Positions 20,754 to 34,865 are shown, counted from the stretch's first letter. The stretch is 64,000 nucleotides of DNA from an uncultured Gemmatimonadaceae bacterium (GCA_963829055.1 CAWHHI010000004.1:800001-864000); one strand, 5' to 3'. The notes: generated by a model not told the origin, from the letters alone. A program made the numbers and translations.

Positions 20754-21920
20754 TTAGTCCATCGCTTCCAGGATGGCGCCCTTGATGTACCCCGTTTCGG
20801 GGATCGTGAGAATCTCCGGGTGGTCGAGTGATTGACCAATCATCTCACGCAGCGACAGGCGCCGTCCGCTATCCGCGGCTGCGCGCTCGATCATCTCGAG
20901 GAACAGCGGCTTCGTGAGATGGTAGCTGCAGCTCGCCGTGTAGAGCGTTCCGCCGGGTGCCAGGAGCCGCATGGCGCGAAGGTTGATCTCGTGGTACCCG
21001 CGCAGGGCGCTCGTTAGGCTGGCTCTCGACTTCGCGAACGCCGGCGGGTCCAGCACGATGGTGTCGAACATCGCGCGCTCCCGCTCCCGGTCGCGGAGGT
21101 AGTCGAACGCGTTCGCCTCGACGCAATCGATCGTATCGAACCCGTTGCGGCGCGCGTTGTCCGCCGCTCGGGCGAGGGCGGCGGCGGAGCTGTCGATGGC
21201 GATGACGTGGTCGGCGTTTCGCGCGAGGTGCAACGCGAACGATCCGTGGTAGCTGAAGCAGTCGAGCGCTCGCCCTCGCGCGTAGGTGCCGATACGGCGG
21301 CGCGCCTCACGCTGGTCGAGAAACGCCCCCGTTTTCTGGCCGGTCCAGGGCGCCGCGAGGTAGCGCACGCCGTGTTCGTGAACTTCGATCTCCTGCGGAA
21401 CGTCGCCCGAGAGCAACGCCGTTTCGCGCGGGAGCCCTTCGCGGGCTCTGACGGGTGGATCGTTCCGCGCGAGGATGCCCTGCGCACCGGTGACGGCGAG
21501 CAGGGCGGCGACGACATCCTCGCGGTACCGCTCCAGACCCGCGCTCAGGAGTTGGACGACCAGCCATTTGTCGTAGCGATCGCAGACGAGTGACGGCAGC
21601 CCGTCGCCCTCGCCGTGAATCAGGCGGTAGGCGGAGGCGTCCGGTCCGATCGCGGTGCGGCGTCGCACGGCGTGCTCGATACGGTCATGCCACCAGTGCT
21701 CGTCGATGGTCGCGTCCGGATCGCGGTCGATGAGTCTGAGGGAGATCTCCGACTCGGGACTCCAGAGAGCGGTTCCGATCGGGCGGCGTCGATTGTCCAG
21801 GACGGTGACGGCAGCGGCGTCGGTAGACGGTGCGGTGATGAGGTCGCTACGAAAGATCCAAGGGTGGCCGTCGGCCCATCGTTGAGCTCCCTTGCCGGAG
21901 ACGATCGCGGTCGCGCGCAT
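20754..21920 (-). CDS. RlmI-like class I SAM-dependent rRNA methyltransferase
   Basis: GHPWIF, YRLIHGEGDGLP, GQKTGAFLDQR, VLDPPAFAK, TASCS. Confidence 0.88.
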   Translation of the reverse strand: MRATAIVSGKGAQRWADGHPWIFRSDLITAPSTDAAAVTVLDNRRRPIGTALWSPESEISLRLIDRDPDATIDEHWWHDRIEHAVRRRTAIGPDASAYRLIHGEGDGLPSLVCDRYDKWLVVQLLSAGLERYREDVVAALLAVTGAQGILARNDPPVRAREGLPRETALLSGDVPQEIEVHEHGVRYLAAPWTGQKTGAFLDQREARRRIGTYARGRALDCFSYHGSFALHLARNADHVIAIDSSAAALARAADNARRNGFDTIDCVEANAFDYLRDRERERAMFDTIVLDPPAFAKSRASLTSALRGYHEINLRAMRLLAPGGTLYTASCSYHLTKPLFLEMIERAAADSGRRLSLREMIGQSLDHPEILTIPETGYIKGAILEAMD

Positions 21921-22080
21921 GAGCAACAAAGGTAGCAGGGGCTCGAGCGGATCGTTTTTTCGTCCCTTGTTTGGCGTGTCGGATCGATGTATTGTTCGCG
22001 CCCTTTTCGGATCCGGCGCCGAGCGAAGTGTTGGGAGGCGACGTCGATAAAAATGGTCGTAGTTAGTGTGGCCATTGGAG

Positions 22081-22109
22081 TTGACTACCGGTGAAGACTC
22101 GGTTACAAT
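22081..22109 (+). promoter_or_regulatory. rRNA promoter; boxA-like element follows near 22144-22156
   Basis: TTGACT-N17-TACAAT, then cgctgtttgaaaa resembling boxA; a weaker second promoter TTGTTT..TATTGT near 21967. Confidence 0.75.
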
Positions 22110-22332
22110 TCGAAGCTTTTCCGTGACGTTTTTGGTCGCGGACCGCTGTTTGAAAAGAGAAGGAAAGAGGTAGATCGTGGGATTTATGAGTCCTCACCGA
22201 TCTCTGGAGCGCGGTGCGAGTGACTATCGCATCGGGTGAAGGAGGAAGGTGAGCGAGATTGCACAGATCACTCATATATGAGAGTCGGCGGAAGCCGACT
22301 CCATGCGCGTGCTCTGCTTGACGTGTTTTTTT

Positions 22333-25293
<2,961 letters not shown>

Positions 25294-25565
25294 TTCCCAG
25301 CTTTACCGCTGGGCAGAAATTCTCAACCGCAGAGTACGCAATATGAGTGAGCGTCACCTTCGGGTGGTGCGGTTCCACGAGACTACCTCTTCCTCTTCTT
25401 TTCGTTGCTCACGCGAGTGAGTCACCGACAGTCGAGCCATCAGCTATCAGTCGCTGATCTCGATGCTCCATTTCGTCGGCTGGCCCCCTCGCACGACGCG
25501 GCGCTCGTTGCCACGTCGATCGTCATTGGCTGTCGACTGATAGCCGAAGGCCGAACAAAAAAATC

Positions 25566-25682
25566 GCTGGCGATTAGAGCGTAGGGGCCACACCCGTTCC
25601 CATCCCGAACACGGTCGTTAAGCCCTACAGCGCCAATGGTACTCCGATCGAGAGGTCGCGGGAGAGTAGGCCATCGCCGGCA
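25566..25682 (+). rRNA. rrf: 5S ribosomal RNA
   Basis: cacccgttcccatcccgaacacgg...ggagagtagg. Confidence 0.95.
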
Positions 25683-25689
25683 CCTATTC

Positions 25690-25729
25690 GAAACGGGTCA
25701 CCCTAACGGGTGGCCCGTTTCTTTCTTTG
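25690..25729 (+). terminator. Terminator of the 23S-5S unit
   Basis: gaaacgggtcacc-ctaacg-ggtggcccgtttc followed by tttcttt. Confidence 0.8.
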
Positions 25730-25738
25730 CCACCACCC

Positions 25739-26410
25739 ATGCTACGATATTTCGGCCTCGCGGCGGGAGCGGCAGGTGGCGCGCTCTACCTCCGCGAACG
25801 CCAGCGACGTCTGGCCGCTGAACGACTCGCCGCCGCCGTCCTCGAGACACTGCTCCGCGCCATCGACGCCAATGACGCCGAAACCGGCGGCCACGTCCGC
25901 CGAGTGGCTCGTTATGCGCTCATCCTCGCCGAAGCGGCCGACCTCGATACCCGCGAACAGCGGAACGTGGAGCGCATCGCGCTCTTCCACGACATCGGCA
26001 AGATCAACGAGGCGCTGTTCGACATCATCCATGAAGAGTCGAAGCTCACGGAGAAGGAACGCGAGGCGGTGCGAACACATCCGCGGCTCGGCGCCGAGGT
26101 CCTGACGCCTCTCGCCTCGTTCTATCCAGAGCTGTCGACGGGCGTGCTCTCACACCATGAGCGGTGGGACGGCCAGGGATACCCGCGGCAGTTGAGCGGA
26201 AACGGGATCCCGTTGGCTGCGCGCATCGTGACGATCGCCGACTCGTTCGACGCGATGACGTACAACCGGCGCTATCGACCAGCACAGAGCGCGACCGAAG
26301 CCGCCAAGAAGCTGATGAACGGTCGCGGGACGCAGTTCGATCCGAACCTCGTCGACCTGTTCCTCTCACCGCCCGTGTTCGATGAGATCATCCGGCGCGA
26401 TGCGGGCTGA
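25739..26410 (+). CDS. HD-GYP domain protein
   Basis: TGGHVRRV, LFHDIGK, HHERWDGQGYP, IADSFDAM, GTQFDP. Confidence 0.9.
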   Translation: MLRYFGLAAGAAGGALYLRERQRRLAAERLAAAVLETLLRAIDANDAETGGHVRRVARYALILAEAADLDTREQRNVERIALFHDIGKINEALFDIIHEESKLTEKEREAVRTHPRLGAEVLTPLASFYPELSTGVLSHHERWDGQGYPRQLSGNGIPLAARIVTIADSFDAMTYNRRYRPAQSATEAAKKLMNGRGTQFDPNLVDLFLSPPVFDEIIRRDAG

Positions 26411-26475
26411 CCACGCGCCGCAACCGCGCGCGGCTCAGAGCGGGCCGTCGAAGCGCGATGCTGGGATGCCGGAGC

Positions 26476-27111
26476 TCAGCTTCCGGTGGCGGACAACAAC
26501 TCCCGCGCCGCGCGCTCTGGGTCGGAAGCTGCGAAAATCGCCCTGATCACCGCTACGCCATGTGCGCCGGCCGCGAGCACGTCCCGACAGTTGGACGGAC
26601 CAATGCCGCCGATGGCGACAGCGGGTAGTCCGGTGAGTCGGGCCAGGCGAGCAAACTCACCGGGGCCGATGGCATCGCCGGCATCGGCTTTGGATGTCGT
26701 CGAGAACACGGGGCCGATGCCCACATAGTCGGCCCCGGCCGCGGCCGAAATTTCGGCGTCGCTTCCAACCGACGCGCCGATGATGAACCCCGACGGAACG
26801 ACGGCGCGGAGCGCGACTGCAGGAATGTCATCCACTCCGACGTGCACGCCGGCCGCTCCCGACGCGAGTGCCACGTCTGCGCGATCGTTCACGATCACGG
26901 GCACTGGTACCGCCTCGACGAGCGCGCGCGCGACCTGCACGAGCTCGCGCGGATCGACGTCCTTGAGACGCAGTTGCACCATGGTTGCGCCGCCGCGGAC
27001 CGCAGCCGAGGCGCGGCGCACGAGGCCATCGGTGCCGTCGCGGAGGTCATCCGTGATCGCGACGAGACGGAGAACGTCGGGAATCGGGAATCGGGAATCG
27101 GGAATCGACAA
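26476..27111 (-). CDS. thiE: Thiamine phosphate synthase (start uncertain)
   Basis: VQLRLKD, IVNDRADVA, GVHVGVDD, ADYVGIGPVFSTTSK, VAIGGI. Confidence 0.9.
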   Translation of the reverse strand: MSIPDSRFPIPDVLRLVAITDDLRDGTDGLVRRASAAVRGGATMVQLRLKDVDPRELVQVARALVEAVPVPVIVNDRADVALASGAAGVHVGVDDIPAVALRAVVPSGFIIGASVGSDAEISAAAGADYVGIGPVFSTTSKADAGDAIGPGEFARLARLTGLPAVAIGGIGPSNCRDVLAAGAHGVAVIRAIFAASDPERAARELLSATGS

Positions 27112-27242
27112 ACCTGGAGCCGGGAACGGGAACAGGGCACTGAGGCCGCCTGCTACGTGCGGGACGTGCCAGCCGAATCTGTTATTCGCTCGACCAGGAG
27201 CCCACCACATCAGCAACGCCATGACAAGAATACCCGCAACGA

Positions 27243-27532
27243 CAACGGCAACAGCAGGACAGGATGGCCAGGATTGGCAGGATTGACGAAGATGACCGCT
27301 CACGGCGGCTCGCGGGAGCGAGTCGCCGGGGCCTAACGAATGAAGGAACACATCGCAGGGCGAGTGGCGTCCCGAGCGGCCGCTCCTCTCATACTGGCCT
27401 CGTTGCGGGAGGGGCTTGGGCGCGACGCGGAGCCTCTGTTTCATCCGTCATCCTGCCAATCCTGTCATGTAGTTGCCGTTGCTGTTCGTCAATCCTGCCA
27501 ATCCTGGCCATCCTGTCCTGCTGTTGCCGTTC
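27243..27532. repeat. Element bounded by roughly 45-bp terminal inverted repeats
   Basis: aacggcaacagcaggacaggatggccaggattggcaggattgacga near 27244 and its reverse complement near 27487-27531; an extra partial copy near 27450. Confidence 0.75.
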
Positions 27533-27591
27533 TCATTCCGAGCCTCTCGAACGCTCGTTAGGCGCGCCGGGTCGGGCGCGACTCCGTCAGC

Positions 27592-28600
27592 TCAGTCGCG
27601 GCTCGGCGAACGCGGTGTCTCGCGACGAATCTGTTGGCGGGCTTCCGTGTGCTCCGAGAACGTTTGCCGGAATTCATGGTGGCCGTCCGGGTGTGCCACG
27701 AAATAGAGATACGGCACGCTCGCCGGAAACAAGGCCGCCTCAATGCTCGCGGCACCTGGCGAGGCAATGGGGCCCGGCGGTAGTCCCGGATGCTTATAGG
27801 TGTTGTAGCGAGAATCCACCTCGAGGTCCTTGAACAGGACCCGGTCGACGTGCTTGCCGAGCGCGTATTGAACCGTGGGATCCGCCTGCAGCAGCATGCC
27901 GATCTTGAGTCGATTGTGGTACACGGCCGAGATCACCGGTCGCTCCTCCGCGAGGCGGGCTTCCTTCTCGATGATCGACGCGAGCGTGATGATGTCGTGT
28001 CGCGACATTGCCAGCGCCTGGAGTCTCTCGTCCCACTCGGGCTTCCACACCTTCTCGAAGGTCGAGACGAGCATCCGCACGGCCTCCTGCGGTGTCGTGC
28101 CTTCCGCGAACGTGTACGTATCGGGAAAGAGGTAGCCCTCGAGCGTCGGCGTGGGCACGTCGAGGCGACGGCGAAGCGCCGAGTCGCTGGCTGCAACGAC
28201 GATGGATTCCGGGGGCACCGACAGTGCTCGGCCGAGCAACGGCGCGATGGCGCCAAGGGCGAAGCCCTCGGGAATCGTCACCGTGTGGACGAGCCCTTTG
28301 CCGCGCGTGAGCGCGTCGAGGACTGCGTTCCACGACGAGCCGTCGCGGAAGACGTACGTCCCTGCCTTGAGATCGCGATCACGGCCCCGCGCCGAGGCGT
28401 AGAGGCGGAAGATGCGCGGGGCCGGAGATGACGCCGGCGTGCGCGAGGGAGTCGATCGCGCTGCTGAAGCTCGAGCCCGCGGGAATCGTCACGCGAACGC
28501 TCCCGCCACGCGACGAGCCGCTGCACGCGCCGCTGACGATCAGCGCCGCTGTGCACAGGCCCCCGACGAGGCGGCGCCTAACGTGGAAGCGAGAGCGCAT
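27592..28600 (-). CDS. mltG: Endolytic transglycosylase (frameshift near 28405)
   Basis: VTIPEG, LEGYLFPDTY, LASIIEKEA, LQADPTVQY, YNTYKHPGLPPGPIASPG. Confidence 0.92.
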
Positions 28601-29021
28601 GTTGGAGCAGAATGGTGGCGGCCATGGAATCGACGTCCCCCTTGCGGCCTCGCGTCGAGCCGCCCATTTCGCGGATGGTACGGAGCGCCGCCGCAGTCGT
28701 GAACCGCTCGTCCACGAGACGCACGGGAAGACCGGTTCGTTTCTCCAACTCGGCGGCAACGTGGCGTGCCTCGACGGCGCGGGGCGTATCCTCGCCATTC
28801 TGGTCGAGCGGAAGGCCAACCACATAGCCCTGCACCTCGAGCTCCACGCCGCGCCGAATCATCTCGGCGATCGGCGGCCGTTTGCCGCGCCGGCGCTCGA
28901 TGAAGCCGGCGGGTGATGCGATAGTCCCCGAAGGGTCGCTGACGGCGAGACCCACACGACGGTCACCGTAGTCGACGGCCAGCAGCCGTCTCGGGAACGG
29001 GGAACCGGGAACGGGAAACAG
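28578..29021 (-). CDS. ruvX: Holliday junction resolvase-like protein / pre-16S rRNA nuclease (start not resolved)
   Basis: LAVDYGDRRVGLAVSD, VVGLPL, VDERFTT, DSMAATILLQ. Confidence 0.9.
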   Translation of the reverse strand: MFPVPGSPFPRRLLAVDYGDRRVGLAVSDPSGTIASPAGFIERRRGKRPPIAEMIRRGVELEVQGYVVGLPLDQNGEDTPRAVEARHVAAELEKRTGLPVRLVDERFTTAAALRTIREMGGSTRGRKGDVDSMAATILLQHALSLPR

Positions 29022-29052
29022 GGGCTGATCGCTGATGGCTGGTAACTCCGTA

Positions 29053-30309
29053 TCACCCGCCCTGCGCCATCTGCACGAAGAATTCCTTGTTGTTCCGCGA
29101 GCGCGTGAGCTGCTTGAGCAGGAAGACAATCGACTCATCCGGCGGCATGTCGCCCAGGAAGTTACGCAGGAGATAGACCCGATTGATCTCCTCCTTCGTG
29201 AGCAGGAGCTCTTCCTTTCGCGTGCCGGACTTGTTGATGTCGATCGCAGGGAAAATGCGCCGGTCGGCGATCTCACGATCGAGCACGAGCTCCATGTTCC
29301 CGGTGCCCTTGAACTCTTCGAAGATCACCTCGTCCATGCGCGAGCCCGTCTCGATGAGGGCGGTCGCGACGATCGTGAGGGAGCCGCCGCCGTCGATGTT
29401 GCGGGCGGATCCGAAGAATTTCTTCGGCTTGTGCAGCGCCGTCGCTTCGACGCCACCGGAGAGAATCTTTCCGCCGTGCGGTGCGATCGTGTTATGTGCG
29501 CGCGCGAGTCGAGTGATCGAATCGAGCAGGATGACGACATCCTTGCCGTGTTCCACGAGTCGCTTCGCCTTTTCGATGACCATGTCCGCTACCTGCACAT
29601 GGCGGTCAGCGGGCTCATCGAACGTGGAGCTGATCACCTCGGCGCGACCGACATTCTGCACCATGTCGGTCACTTCCTCGGGCCGTTCATCGATGAGCAG
29701 GAGGATGAGCGACACCTCGGGATGATTCTCGACGATGGCGTTCGCCATCTTCTGCAGCAGAATCGTCTTTCCTGCGCGCGGCGGCGCGACGATGAGCCCG
29801 CGCTGGCCCTTGCCGATCGGCGCGATGAGATCGACGACGCGCATGCTGAGATCGCCGTTCGCCGCTTCGAGTCGGAGGCGCTCGTCGGGGTAGCGCGGCC
29901 GCAGGTTATCGAACGCGATTCGCTGCTTCGCCTGCTCGGGCGAGTCGCCGTTGATGGATTCGACCTTCAAGAGGGCCAAGTACCGCTCCCATTCCTTCGG
30001 CGGTCGGACCTGGCCGAGCACGGTGTCACCAGTGCGGAGGTCGAACCGCTTGATTTGCGAGGGTGAGACGTAGATGTCATCGGGGCCGTACAGGTAATTC
30101 CAGTCCTGACTCCGCAGAAAGCCGTAGCCCTCCGGTAGAATCTCGAGCACGCCTTCGCCGCGAAGGATGTTCTCCGCATCGAGCAGGTTCTGCTCGATCC
30201 GGAAGATGAGGTCCTGCTTGCGGAGGCCGGAGGTGTTCGCGATGTCGAGCCCTTCAGCAACTTCCTGGAGCTCGGCGACCGACTTCCGCTTCAGATCAGC
30301 GATATCCAC
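29053..30309 (-). CDS. rho: Transcription termination factor Rho
   Basis: [54 protein letters not shown]. Confidence 0.98.
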   Translation of the reverse strand: MDIADLKRKSVAELQEVAEGLDIANTSGLRKQDLIFRIEQNLLDAENILRGEGVLEILPEGYGFLRSQDWNYLYGPDDIYVSPSQIKRFDLRTGDTVLGQVRPPKEWERYLALLKVESINGDSPEQAKQRIAFDNLRPRYPDERLRLEAANGDLSMRVVDLIAPIGKGQRGLIVAPPRAGKTILLQKMANAIVENHPEVSLILLLIDERPEEVTDMVQNVGRAEVISSTFDEPADRHVQVADMVIEKAKRLVEHGKDVVILLDSITRLARAHNTIAPHGGKILSGGVEATALHKPKKFFGSARNIDGGGSLTIVATALIETGSRMDEVIFEEFKGTGNMELVLDREIADRRIFPAIDINKSGTRKEELLLTKEEINRVYLLRNFLGDMPPDESIVFLLKQLTRSRNNKEFFVQMAQGG

Positions 30310-30468
30310 GGGCGGGGATCTGGGCGGCTACGATCCACGGCGCGATGCAATGCGCCGAGCGACGAGTTGGGTGGGAACGACGCGCGGAGAGGTGGACCGG
30401 CGATGCTCGACAACCGCGTGATGCGGAGAGGAACGTCTGGATGACTGGGCGGCACGTCGAGGAGCGCC

Positions 30469-30497
30469 AAGCTACCAACGGCCGCGGAGAGGGTCAA
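30469..30497 (-). promoter_or_regulatory. Putative rho promoter followed by a C-rich leader
   Basis: TTGACC-N17-TAGCTT on the minus strand, about 150 nt before the GTG start. Confidence 0.6.
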
Positions 30498-30563
30498 GTG
30501 CTTCCAACGGTGTAACAGGAAGCGCTACGGCAGCTTGGTGCGCATCGTCGGAATGCTATGGAA

Positions 30564-31520
30564 TCAGAATGCGATGTAGCGGAATGGTCGGCGCTTCATG
30601 TCGGCGAAGAGGTCGGTCATTTGCTTCGACAGCTCGGTCATCTGAACGGCGATGATCGAGTCCTGCGCAAAGCGCCCGACGGTTCCGGACTTCGAAGCGA
30701 GCAGCGCGCTGGTGATGGAAAGCTCGTCGCGAACGTCGGCAACCGCTTGCAACAACGTCGAGTCGCGACGAAAGCGGCCAAACGACCCCTGATTGCTCGC
30801 GAGTAGCGCCCGGACGGAGTCCGCCTGCGCGGCAGCGGTCTTCGCGCGCGTCATGATCTCACCGCGTTGCATCGCGAGGCCCAAAGTGCCGGTGCCGGCG
30901 GTCGCGCGCTCCGCAAGTCGCGACGCGTTGCCCATCAGCGTCTCGATGCGTTTCGGGGCGTCCATCGTGGTGAGTGCGCGCACAGCCCCGTCGGCGGATG
31001 ACAGGGCGGAGGTGAGCACTTTCACGTTCGCCGTGAGCGCTGGCAATTCCTGCGTCACTCCACCGAAGGTCGCCGTGAGTGTCTGGATGTCGCCACCCAC
31101 GGACGTTCGAATGGTGTCGCTGGCGGGGATGACACGTGCGGCGCTGGTGCCTGCCGTGATGTAGACGACGGTCGGCCCCATGAGCTGCGCGCCGGTGCCG
31201 AGCTTCACGACGGAATTCTCGCGGATCTGCTGTCGGTATTTCTGCAGGACCTCGATCTCGACCACGACGCGCTTGGCGGTGTCGATTGCCGGCGGAGCGA
31301 AATGCACGCTGCTGACGCGGCCGACCTTGGTGCCGTTGATCCAGACTTCGGTGCCGCCCATGACATTCCGGGCGTTCGAGAACGCCGTGAAATAATGGAC
31401 GGTGGGGCCGCTGAGACGTCCGATACGGGCGTATTTCAGCGTTGCGCCAGTCAGCAGAATGATGGCGCCGAACATGACGGCGCCGGGGACGAGGTAGCGC
31501 CAGCGGAGAGGGCGGTGCAC
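30564..31520 (-). CDS. MlaD/MCE family protein
   Basis: N-terminal TM, VWINGTKVGRV MCE motif, helical tail ending RRPFRYIAF. Confidence 0.85.
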   Translation of the reverse strand: MHRPLRWRYLVPGAVMFGAIILLTGATLKYARIGRLSGPTVHYFTAFSNARNVMGGTEVWINGTKVGRVSSVHFAPPAIDTAKRVVVEIEVLQKYRQQIRENSVVKLGTGAQLMGPTVVYITAGTSAARVIPASDTIRTSVGGDIQTLTATFGGVTQELPALTANVKVLTSALSSADGAVRALTTMDAPKRIETLMGNASRLAERATAGTGTLGLAMQRGEIMTRAKTAAAQADSVRALLASNQGSFGRFRRDSTLLQAVADVRDELSITSALLASKSGTVGRFAQDSIIAVQMTELSKQMTDLFADMKRRPFRYIAF

Positions 31521-31650
31521 GGACTACAGAGAGGCAAGCCCTGAGCCAGTGAACGGCGGCGATCAGCCAACAGCCAGCCATCAGCTAAGACGGCGGACGC
31601 CCAACGGCGAACCGACAAACGGACGGGCCGACGGGCTCAATATGGGGGAG

Positions 31651-31724
31651 TGCGCACGACAGGATTCGAACCTGTGACCTTCGGCTCCGGAGGCCGACGC
31701 TCTATCCAGCTGAGCTACGCGCGC
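31651..31724 (-). tRNA. tRNA-Arg(CCG)
   Basis: Cloverleaf; anticodon arm tcggc-ctCCGga-gccga. Confidence 0.95.
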
Positions 31725-31946
31725 GATGCGGACAAAACCGCTGTCAGACTGGGGAAGACTATTGGGCGGCTGCCCCTCACACAAGTTTGCCTATCGAAGG
31801 CGGATGGCGGGCTCCAGACAGACGCATCGCCGGGCGTGACGCGGGGTGCAGAAGGCCAGTCCTAGCGCGTGAAGCAGCGTCTATCAACTGCCGGTCGAAC
31901 AGTCATTCCCGGCGCCGCTGGCGCCGAGCCCGGCCGCGTTTCCACC

Positions 31947-33179
31947 GTGGCCGACGTGTGTCTCGCGCGGCAGCCGATCTTCGACACCACGGGCGTCGTC
32001 ATCGGCTACGAGCTCCTCTACAGGCGCGCGGTCACGGATACAGCCGCCGGGGGCGTCGATCATAGCGTCATGTCGGCTGACGTCATCGTGCACGCGTGTC
32101 TGAACATCGGTCTGCAGCAGCTGACATCCGGCCGCACCGTATACCTCAACTTCACGCGCGACATGCTGCTCAGTCGTGCGTATACGTTGCTGCCACCGGA
32201 TGCGGTTGTCATCGAGCTGCTCGAGACGGTGGAGCCGGACGACGACGTGGAGCTCGCGTGTGAAGAGCTCGTCGACTCCGGCTACGCGCTCGCGCTCGAT
32301 GACTTCGTGTGGAAGCCAAGCTATCGGCGACTCCTCGAGCTGGCGACCATCGTGAAGGTGGACGTCCTGGATCGCCCTGCGTCCGAGCTCGACGAGGTCG
32401 CGCAGCAACTCGCGTCGTACGACGTGCGCCTGCTGGCCGAGCGTGTCGAAACCGCCGAGGTGCGCGCGATGTGCGCCGGCATGGGCTACGAGCTGTTCCA
32501 GGGCTACTACTTCGCGCGCCCGGAGATGGTGAAGAACCGCGCGCTCATGAGCGACGAGCTCGCGATCGTGCAGGCCATGAGCGTCATGCGTGATGCGCGC
32601 ACGACGGACCCGGAAGTCGCCGCGGCGTTCACCTCGGACATTGGCCTCAGCTACAAGCTGCTCCGCATGGTGAACTCGGCGGCCCAGGGAGGGCGGGGGA
32701 TCGATTCGATCCTCCACGCGCTCAGGCTCAGTGGCCGAAAGGAGCTCGGCAAATGGCTCGCGCTCCTGCTCGTGTCATCGATCGCGGCGCGCGGGGCAGC
32801 AAACCGCGAGCTCCTTCACCTCGCGGTCCAGCGCGGACGGATGTGTGAGTTGTTAGGCGGCTCGACGGGCCAGGAGCGTGATACGAGCGCGCTGTTCCTC
32901 GTTGGTCTGTTCTCGCTGCTCGACGCGATCTCCGGCATGCCGATGGCGCAGCTGCTCGAGGCGATCACGCTGGCACCGCCGCTGGAGCAGGCGCTCATGG
33001 GCCGCACGGGACCGTACGCGGGCACGCTCACACTGGCGGAAGCGTACGAGCAAGGTGCGTGGACCACGGTGCAGGACCACGCGTCATCGTCGGGACTGAA
33101 CGAGGCGCAGGTCGGTGCGTTCTACGTTCAGTCGCTCGAGTGGACGCGTGAGCGGCTGCTGTCGCTCGCGTTAGGGTAG
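31947..33179 (+). CDS. EAL and HDOD domain protein (YuxH/PdeH-like)
   Basis: LARQPIFD, GYELLYR, ALDDF, LAERVET, FQGYYFARP, LSYKLLRMVNS, FLVGLFSLLDA; alternative start at 31869. Confidence 0.9.
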   Translation: MADVCLARQPIFDTTGVVIGYELLYRRAVTDTAAGGVDHSVMSADVIVHACLNIGLQQLTSGRTVYLNFTRDMLLSRAYTLLPPDAVVIELLETVEPDDDVELACEELVDSGYALALDDFVWKPSYRRLLELATIVKVDVLDRPASELDEVAQQLASYDVRLLAERVETAEVRAMCAGMGYELFQGYYFARPEMVKNRALMSDELAIVQAMSVMRDARTTDPEVAAAFTSDIGLSYKLLRMVNSAAQGGRGIDSILHALRLSGRKELGKWLALLLVSSIAARGAANRELLHLAVQRGRMCELLGGSTGQERDTSALFLVGLFSLLDAISGMPMAQLLEAITLAPPLEQALMGRTGPYAGTLTLAEAYEQGAWTTVQDHASSSGLNEAQVGAFYVQSLEWTRERLLSLALG

Positions 33180-33209
33180 GCCCCCACGCAGCAACCAGCT
33201 CGGCGCCGA

Positions 33210-34652
33210 TCAGGCCACTTCGATCCGCCCCGGCCCGTTGAGCTTGTTCCGCAGCGTCCGGACGCTGATGCCTAACAACCCGGCCGTGCGCGTGCGGTTG
33301 TTCTTCGTTACCTCGAGAGCACGCAGGATCAGCGCCCGCTCCGCCTCATCGATGTTGAGCGATGTCAGGACCACCGCGCCCGCCGGGATCGCCACTGGGC
33401 CATCAGCGCCGATCGCTCCCACTGGCCCGCCTGACGAGAGCGCCGCGCTGCGCGCCGCTGCCTGACGCGCCAGCGGATGCACGAGGCCGAGCTGTTGTCC
33501 CTCGAAGGCGTGCGCCTGCAACACCGGGTCTCGGCTCAGGATCACCGCGCGTTCCACGGCGTGCTGCAACTCACGGACGTTGCCCGGCCAGGGATAGGAC
33601 GCCAGGAGCGCGAGTGCTTCCTGCGAGATCCCTGTGATCTCCTTCTTGATCTCCGCCGCCGCGCGTGTCGCGAACCGGTACGCCAGGATCGGGATGTCCT
33701 CCGCGCGGTCGCGGAGCGGTGGGATCACGATCGGCATCACGCTCAGTCTATGATAGAGGTCCTGCCGGAACGTCCCAGCCGCCGCATCGGCGGCGAGATC
33801 GCGGTTCGTCGTAGCGACGACGCGCACGTCGACCCGAATCGGTGATGTCCCACCCACGCGCTCGAACTCCTGCTCCTGCAGCACACGCAGCAGCTTCGCC
33901 TGCAGCTCGAGCTTCATCTCCGATATCTCGTCGAGCAGCAACGTCCCACCGTTCGCGCGCTCGAACGCACCCTCGACGCGCTTGATGGCGCCCGTGAATG
34001 CCCCGCGCTCGTGACCGAACAGCGCGCTCTCGATCAGGCCATCGGGAAGGGCAGCGCAATTCAACTTGATGAACGCCTTGCTGCGACGGTCGCTCAGGTC
34101 GTGGATGGCGCGGGCGAACAGCTCCTTCCCAGTGCCACTCTCGCCTTGCAGCAGAACCGTCGCGCGCGTGGGGGCAGCCATCGCGACCGTCTGCAGGATG
34201 CGTCGGACGACAACGCTGTCGCCGATGATCTGGCGTTCGTTCCGGAACTCCATCACCTCGCGGCGCAGCATCTCGTTCTCGCGCCGCAGTCGCACGAATT
34301 CCAGCGCCTGTTCCACCGCGAGCTCCAGCTGCTGCGGCTTGACGGGCTTCGTGATGTAGTCGATCGCGCCAGCCTTGATCGCGGCCACCGCGTGCTCGAT
34401 GCTCGCGTAGCCCGTGAGCATGATCAGCGGCACATCGTACCCTTCGCGTTGCAGCAGCGACAGGAACTCCAGTCCCGTCAGCCCCGGCATTCTATAGTCG
34501 GAGATGATGAGATCGACCCGCTCGCGCGACAGGACCTGGAGCGCCTCCACGACATTCGCTGCGCTCAGGGATCGATGACCGGCGCGTTTCAGCGTGTCAT
34601 CGACCAGCAGACCGACGGACGGCTCGTCGTCGACGTGAAGGATTGTGGCCAT
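33210..34652 (-). CDS. Sigma-54-dependent response regulator (NtrC/AtoC family)
   Basis: REC domain, GESGTGKE, GAFTGA, WPGNVREL, Fis-type HTH. Confidence 0.95.
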   Translation of the reverse strand: MATILHVDDEPSVGLLVDDTLKRAGHRSLSAANVVEALQVLSRERVDLIISDYRMPGLTGLEFLSLLQREGYDVPLIMLTGYASIEHAVAAIKAGAIDYITKPVKPQQLELAVEQALEFVRLRRENEMLRREVMEFRNERQIIGDSVVVRRILQTVAMAAPTRATVLLQGESGTGKELFARAIHDLSDRRSKAFIKLNCAALPDGLIESALFGHERGAFTGAIKRVEGAFERANGGTLLLDEISEMKLELQAKLLRVLQEQEFERVGGTSPIRVDVRVVATTNRDLAADAAAGTFRQDLYHRLSVMPIVIPPLRDRAEDIPILAYRFATRAAAEIKKEITGISQEALALLASYPWPGNVRELQHAVERAVILSRDPVLQAHAFEGQQLGLVHPLARQAAARSAALSSGGPVGAIGADGPVAIPAGAVVLTSLNIDEAERALILRALEVTKNNRTRTAGLLGISVRTLRNKLNGPGRIEVA

Positions 34653-34865
34653 TACGGGGGTTAGAGCGTCGATCGCAAGCGGGGGATCGCAGAACGATCG
34701 CGCGACGATCGGCAGTTCGTTGCCGACGCTTAACTTCTGCCGCCAGAGCGCCGATACTGGCTAGCAGACGCGTGTATCCCTGGCGCCGCAACCGGTCGCG
34801 CACCTCGCCGCGGCACTCGGCTGCGAAACCTGGGTGATGATCACCCACGTGCCGACTTCTGCTGG

